Shown here: piece by piece, positions 7,932-10,424 of the stretch
How positions within the stretch are numbered: the first letter of the stretch is position 1
Layout: each line of letters begins with the position of its first letter
Virus record (IMG/VR): IMGVR_UViG_3300023290_000040
Source: a virus
Lineage: Duplodnaviria; Heunggongvirae; Uroviricota; Caudoviricetes
Direction: 5' to 3' (one strand)
DNA: 10,424 nucleotides
Notes under the pieces: generated by a model
What the model was told of the DNA's origin: nothing
Database searches by the model: none
What the model saw: only the letters and a program-made list of their open reading frames with translations
Made by a program: the position numbers and the translations under genes

Positions 7932-8834
7932 AGTGCCTCCTCTGACATTACTGTTCAGCGCCGTGGCCATCACACTGATGGCATCCGACGCATTGATTAA
8001 TTCATCCGCCAGCCCGGCCTCAATGCCGGACTGACCTTCAAAAACGGCAGCCTCTGTTCCCGTGACGGCATCAACAGACAGACCGGTATACATCGCCACT
8101 TTTTCGGCAAACATCCGGCGCGCCGCATCAATCCGCTGCTGCATGTCCTGGCGAACCTCTGCCGGCAACGCTTCAAACTGATTGCCATCCACCTTGTGCG
8201 CCCCTGAGTAAATCAGCGTGATATCCACACCGGCCTGCGCCAGATGACCGGCATAGCTGACATGGCTCATCATCACGCCAATGGAGCCGATACGGGATGT
8301 CTGGGTAACCAGCCGTCGGGAGCAGGCCGACGCCAGCAGCATGGCTGCAGAACAGGCCGTGTCATTGCACAGTGCCCAGACCGGCTTCTGCTGACGGAGG
8401 CGGTAAATCATGTCAGCGCAGTCAAACGCGCCGGCGGCCTGCCCGCCCGGACTGTCAATGTCCAGCAGTATGCCCCGCACCTGGCTATCTGCCATTGCCT
8501 GCTGAAGACAGGCGACAATGCCGTCATAGCCAGTCATTCCGGAAAATGGCCGCATCCCCCCCAGCCGGTGCACCAGCGTGCCGGTCACCGGCAGTACCGC
8601 AATACCGTTCACCACCCGGTAAACACGGGCCGGTCGTTTACCTCCGGCCATGTACTCGTCCGTTTCAGCCAGCATCCCGGGAGCATCAAGCTGTACCTGC
8701 TGTTGCGGTACCGAAAGACTTGCTGCCCCCATCTCGCGCCCCAGCGCGCAAAAGAAAACCCGCGCATAGGCGGGCTCCAGAAGCAGCGGTTCATTGAATG
8801 CTGCTGCAATAATGTGTGAAAGATTACGTCTCAC
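7329..8834 (-). CDS. C: Head maturation protease / minor capsid protein C (lambda gpC homologue, S49/ClpP-like) with scaffold-like C-terminal extension
   Basis: 501 aa. The N-terminal 290 aa match lambda gpC as recalled (AFNEPL.LEPAYARVFFCAL, MTGY.GI, GILLD.D.PGG, AGAFDCAD.I, KPVWAL, SRRLVTQT.R.GSIGVMM, ITLIYSG.HKVDGN, GLSV, EAAV, AGLADEL). The apparent start is a GTG at 8834-8832 that overlaps the B stop. The C-terminal part carries three tandem Nu3-like repeats. Confidence 0.9.
   Translation of the reverse strand: MRRNLSHIIAAAFNEPLLLEPAYARVFFCALGREMGAASLSVPQQQVQLDAPGMLAETDEYMAGGKRPARVYRVVNGIAVLPVTGTLVHRLGGMRPFSGMTGYDGIVACLQQAMADSQVRGILLDIDSPGGQAAGAFDCADMIYRLRQQKPVWALCNDTACSAAMLLASACSRRLVTQTSRIGSIGVMMSHVSYAGHLAQAGVDITLIYSGAHKVDGNQFEALPAEVRQDMQQRIDAARRMFAEKVAMYTGLSVDAVTGTEAAVFEGQSGIEAGLADELINASDAISVMATALNSNVRGGTMPQLTATEAAAQENQRVMGILTCQEAKGREQLATMLAGQQGMSVEQARAILAAAAPQQPVASAQSEADRIMACEEANGREQLAATLAAMPEMTVEKARPILAAAPLADAGPSLRDQIMALDEAKGAEAQAEKLAACPGMTVENARAVLAAGSGKAEPVSASTTALFEHFMANHSPAAVRGGVSQTSADGDADVKMLMAMP
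7479..7889 (-). repeat. Three imperfect in-frame tandem repeats (about 140-160 nt, 37-45 aa each) in the C/Nu3 scaffold region
   Basis: Protein repeats are RVMGILTCQEAKGREQLATMLAGQQGMSVEQARAILAAAAP, RIMACEEANGREQLAATLAAMPEMTVEKARPILAAAP and QIMALDEAKGAEAQAEKLAACPGMTVENARAVLAAG. The matching DNA units are visible on the plus strand (…gccagcatcgtggcaagctgttcacgtcctttcgcttc…, …gccgccagttgttcacgaccgttcgcttcttc…, …gccagtttttcagcctgcgcttctgcccctttt…). Confidence 0.8.
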
Positions 8835-10416
8835 GTGGTGTTGTCTCCTCTTCCGGCCTGCGACTCTCCGCTATCTGCTGCTGATACGCCTGCGCTATCC
8901 ACACCGGACGTGAGAGTCCGGCTTTTTCCCGCTCTGCAGATTCCCTGACCTGCTGGCGGAAAATGTCCTGATAATCCTCGCCCATCAGCGCCAGCTCTTT
9001 CTCATACGTGCTCAGTCCGGCCTCAATGCGCATCACTGATTCCTGGACTTCCTTGAGCCCGTCAATGGCCATTCTTCCGGCTCCAATCCACTCAGCCCGT
9101 GACCAGGCTGATCGCGCCTGATAAAAATCAAACCGTGCCCGTGGCGGACGAATAATCCCCCGAAGAAGTGCCTCTTCCAGCCAGCAGGAAAACATCTGCG
9201 TGGCCAGCCGGGCCGCAATAAATTTTCGCCGCCCCATAAAATAGCGCCACGACTCATTGGCGGAGGCGCGGGCACTTGAGTAACTGACCTTCGAGTAATC
9301 ACGGGACAACTGTTCGTAGGAAACGCCAAGACCGGCGGCGATATACCGCAGCAGCGCCTGTTCAAGCGCCGAAAATCCATTGTCTGAATCCTGCGCGGTC
9401 TGAAGTTTCAGATCATCACCGGGGAAAAGGTGCGGAATTTTGACACCGCCCAGCGTCACGCTATTCGTGTCATACCAGGTGGAGAACTTATCCAGAATAT
9501 TAATAAGCGGATTATCCTTCTGCCCCTGCGGCGCACCGGCGATATATTCAAAGGCCTTTTCGGTATCAAGGTCACTTTCAATCGTCGCTGCATACATCGC
9601 CTTCACTATGGCCGACTGAAGCTGTGTTGCCTGCAGGGAATCGAGCATCTTCAGCCGTTCCATGACGCTGTAAAACTGATTAGCCCCACGGGTCTGCCCG
9701 TCCTCCACCGGCTCGAAAATATGCAGCATGGCCGGACGCCCGGTGGGAAGTTCACGCGGGATCCGTTCCCATCGTCCACTACCAGAGAACGGAAAATCAT
9801 CCTCACAGATATGGTACGCGACGGCACGGCCATATCGATCGACCTCCACACCGGCCCGCAGAAAACGGTTCCCCATACCGTGTCCAGGCGTGTCCACCCG
9901 TTTCGGACTCACGGCTTTAAAACGCGTACGGAATAACTGCGTGGTTTCCGTATCCCAGACCGGCTGCACAAAGATTTCGCCGTTAAACGCATGAACGCCC
10001 ACACCTTCACGGATAAATTCCGTAAACGTGCGTTTCCCTTCCACGTCGATCTCACCAAACATCCCTTCTGCGTATTCTGACCAGGCCGCCTCCACCTCAT
10101 CGACAAAACTTTTTGCCGCGGTCTCCCGCATCCCCAGCCAGCGCCAGTTCGGACGGTAGCTAATCAGAAACATATGCCCGACAATGTGATCCTTATGCAG
10201 GGCCACCGCATTGGCCGCTATTCCGTTATTGCGCACCAGATCATCTGCACGGGCATTCCCCAGACGCAACGCGGGCAGCAGGGCCGCATCGGCACTCTGC
10301 GAGGGTGGCAACCACTCTGCCATTTGCCCGCCAAATCCTGCACCGCCACCGGTGTAGCTGAGGCTCTCCCGAAGCGGAACGCCGTTCACATCAATCAGGA
10401 CAGGCGTTCGTTTCAT
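8824..10416 (-). CDS. B: Portal protein (lambda gpB homologue)
   Basis: 530 aa against about 533 in lambda. Extensive colinear matches to gpB as recalled: GFGGQ, ARADDLVRNNG, RTFT..IREGV..HAFNGE.FVQ, IPRELP.GR, EPVEDGQTRGAN.FYSVME, LQSAIVKAMYAATIES, LRYIAAGLGVSYEQLSR, ARASANESW.YFMGRRKF, WIG.GRMAIDGLKEVQE.VM.IEAGLSTYEKE. GAGG Shine-Dalgarno upstream of the ATG at 10416-10414. Confidence 0.95.
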   Translation of the reverse strand: MKRTPVLIDVNGVPLRESLSYTGGGAGFGGQMAEWLPPSQSADAALLPALRLGNARADDLVRNNGIAANAVALHKDHIVGHMFLISYRPNWRWLGMRETAAKSFVDEVEAAWSEYAEGMFGEIDVEGKRTFTEFIREGVGVHAFNGEIFVQPVWDTETTQLFRTRFKAVSPKRVDTPGHGMGNRFLRAGVEVDRYGRAVAYHICEDDFPFSGSGRWERIPRELPTGRPAMLHIFEPVEDGQTRGANQFYSVMERLKMLDSLQATQLQSAIVKAMYAATIESDLDTEKAFEYIAGAPQGQKDNPLINILDKFSTWYDTNSVTLGGVKIPHLFPGDDLKLQTAQDSDNGFSALEQALLRYIAAGLGVSYEQLSRDYSKVSYSSARASANESWRYFMGRRKFIAARLATQMFSCWLEEALLRGIIRPPRARFDFYQARSAWSRAEWIGAGRMAIDGLKEVQESVMRIEAGLSTYEKELALMGEDYQDIFRQQVRESAEREKAGLSRPVWIAQAYQQQIAESRRPEEETTPRET

Positions 10417-10424
10417 AACCTCAC

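Noticed and set aside
8244-8819. 191-aa and 141-aa plus-strand ORFs (8244..8819, 8372..8797), plus 7689..8034 ORFs, antisense to the protease gene C
   Set aside because: Antisense to the conserved S49-like protease region. Composition is Arg/Pro/Gly/Cys/His-rich and low-complexity, with no support for independent expression.
208-10106. Short minus-strand alternative-frame ORFs (208..432, 1339..1614, 3736..3966, 4268..4513, 5957..6139, 6302..6490, 7997..8188, 8609..8809, 9033..9380, 9651..9851, 9909..10106)
   Set aside because: Each is nested out of frame inside a well-supported structural gene and is 60-115 aa with no start signals. Lambda has no known overlapping genes at these positions other than Nu3, which is in frame.
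10417-10424. Possible end of the upstream head-tail connector gene W (GTGAGGTT before the B start)
   Set aside because: Only 8 nt are present in the window, which is insufficient to call a feature. Lambda synteny predicts W immediately upstream, but it cannot be supported from this sequence.

Overview
The whole window is the late (morphogenesis) operon of a lambda-like siphovirus, almost certainly a prophage in an enterobacterial genome, with every gene on the minus strand. Reading 5'->3' on that strand (high to low coordinates) the order is: portal (B) -> head protease/scaffold (C with nested Nu3-like start) -> decoration protein (D) -> major capsid (E) -> FI -> FII -> Z -> U -> major tail (V) -> tail chaperones G and G-T (programmed -1 frameshift) -> tape measure (H, missing about 10 C-terminal codons at the window edge). 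Gene order, sizes and overlapping stop/start junctions match phage lambda, and several translated products (H termini, U, V, E, D, B) are recognisably lambda homologues from memory. I do not see a novel defence or accessory system here: there are no inserted morons, no RNA genes and no CRISPR, and the plus-strand ORFs look like antisense artefacts. The points worth a second look are a three-copy tandem repeat in the C/Nu3 scaffold region, a terminator-like hairpin after the capsid gene, a perfect 22-nt palindrome between D and E, the conserved G-T slippery site, and apparent mosaicism between a lambda-near-identical tail module and a more divergent head module.
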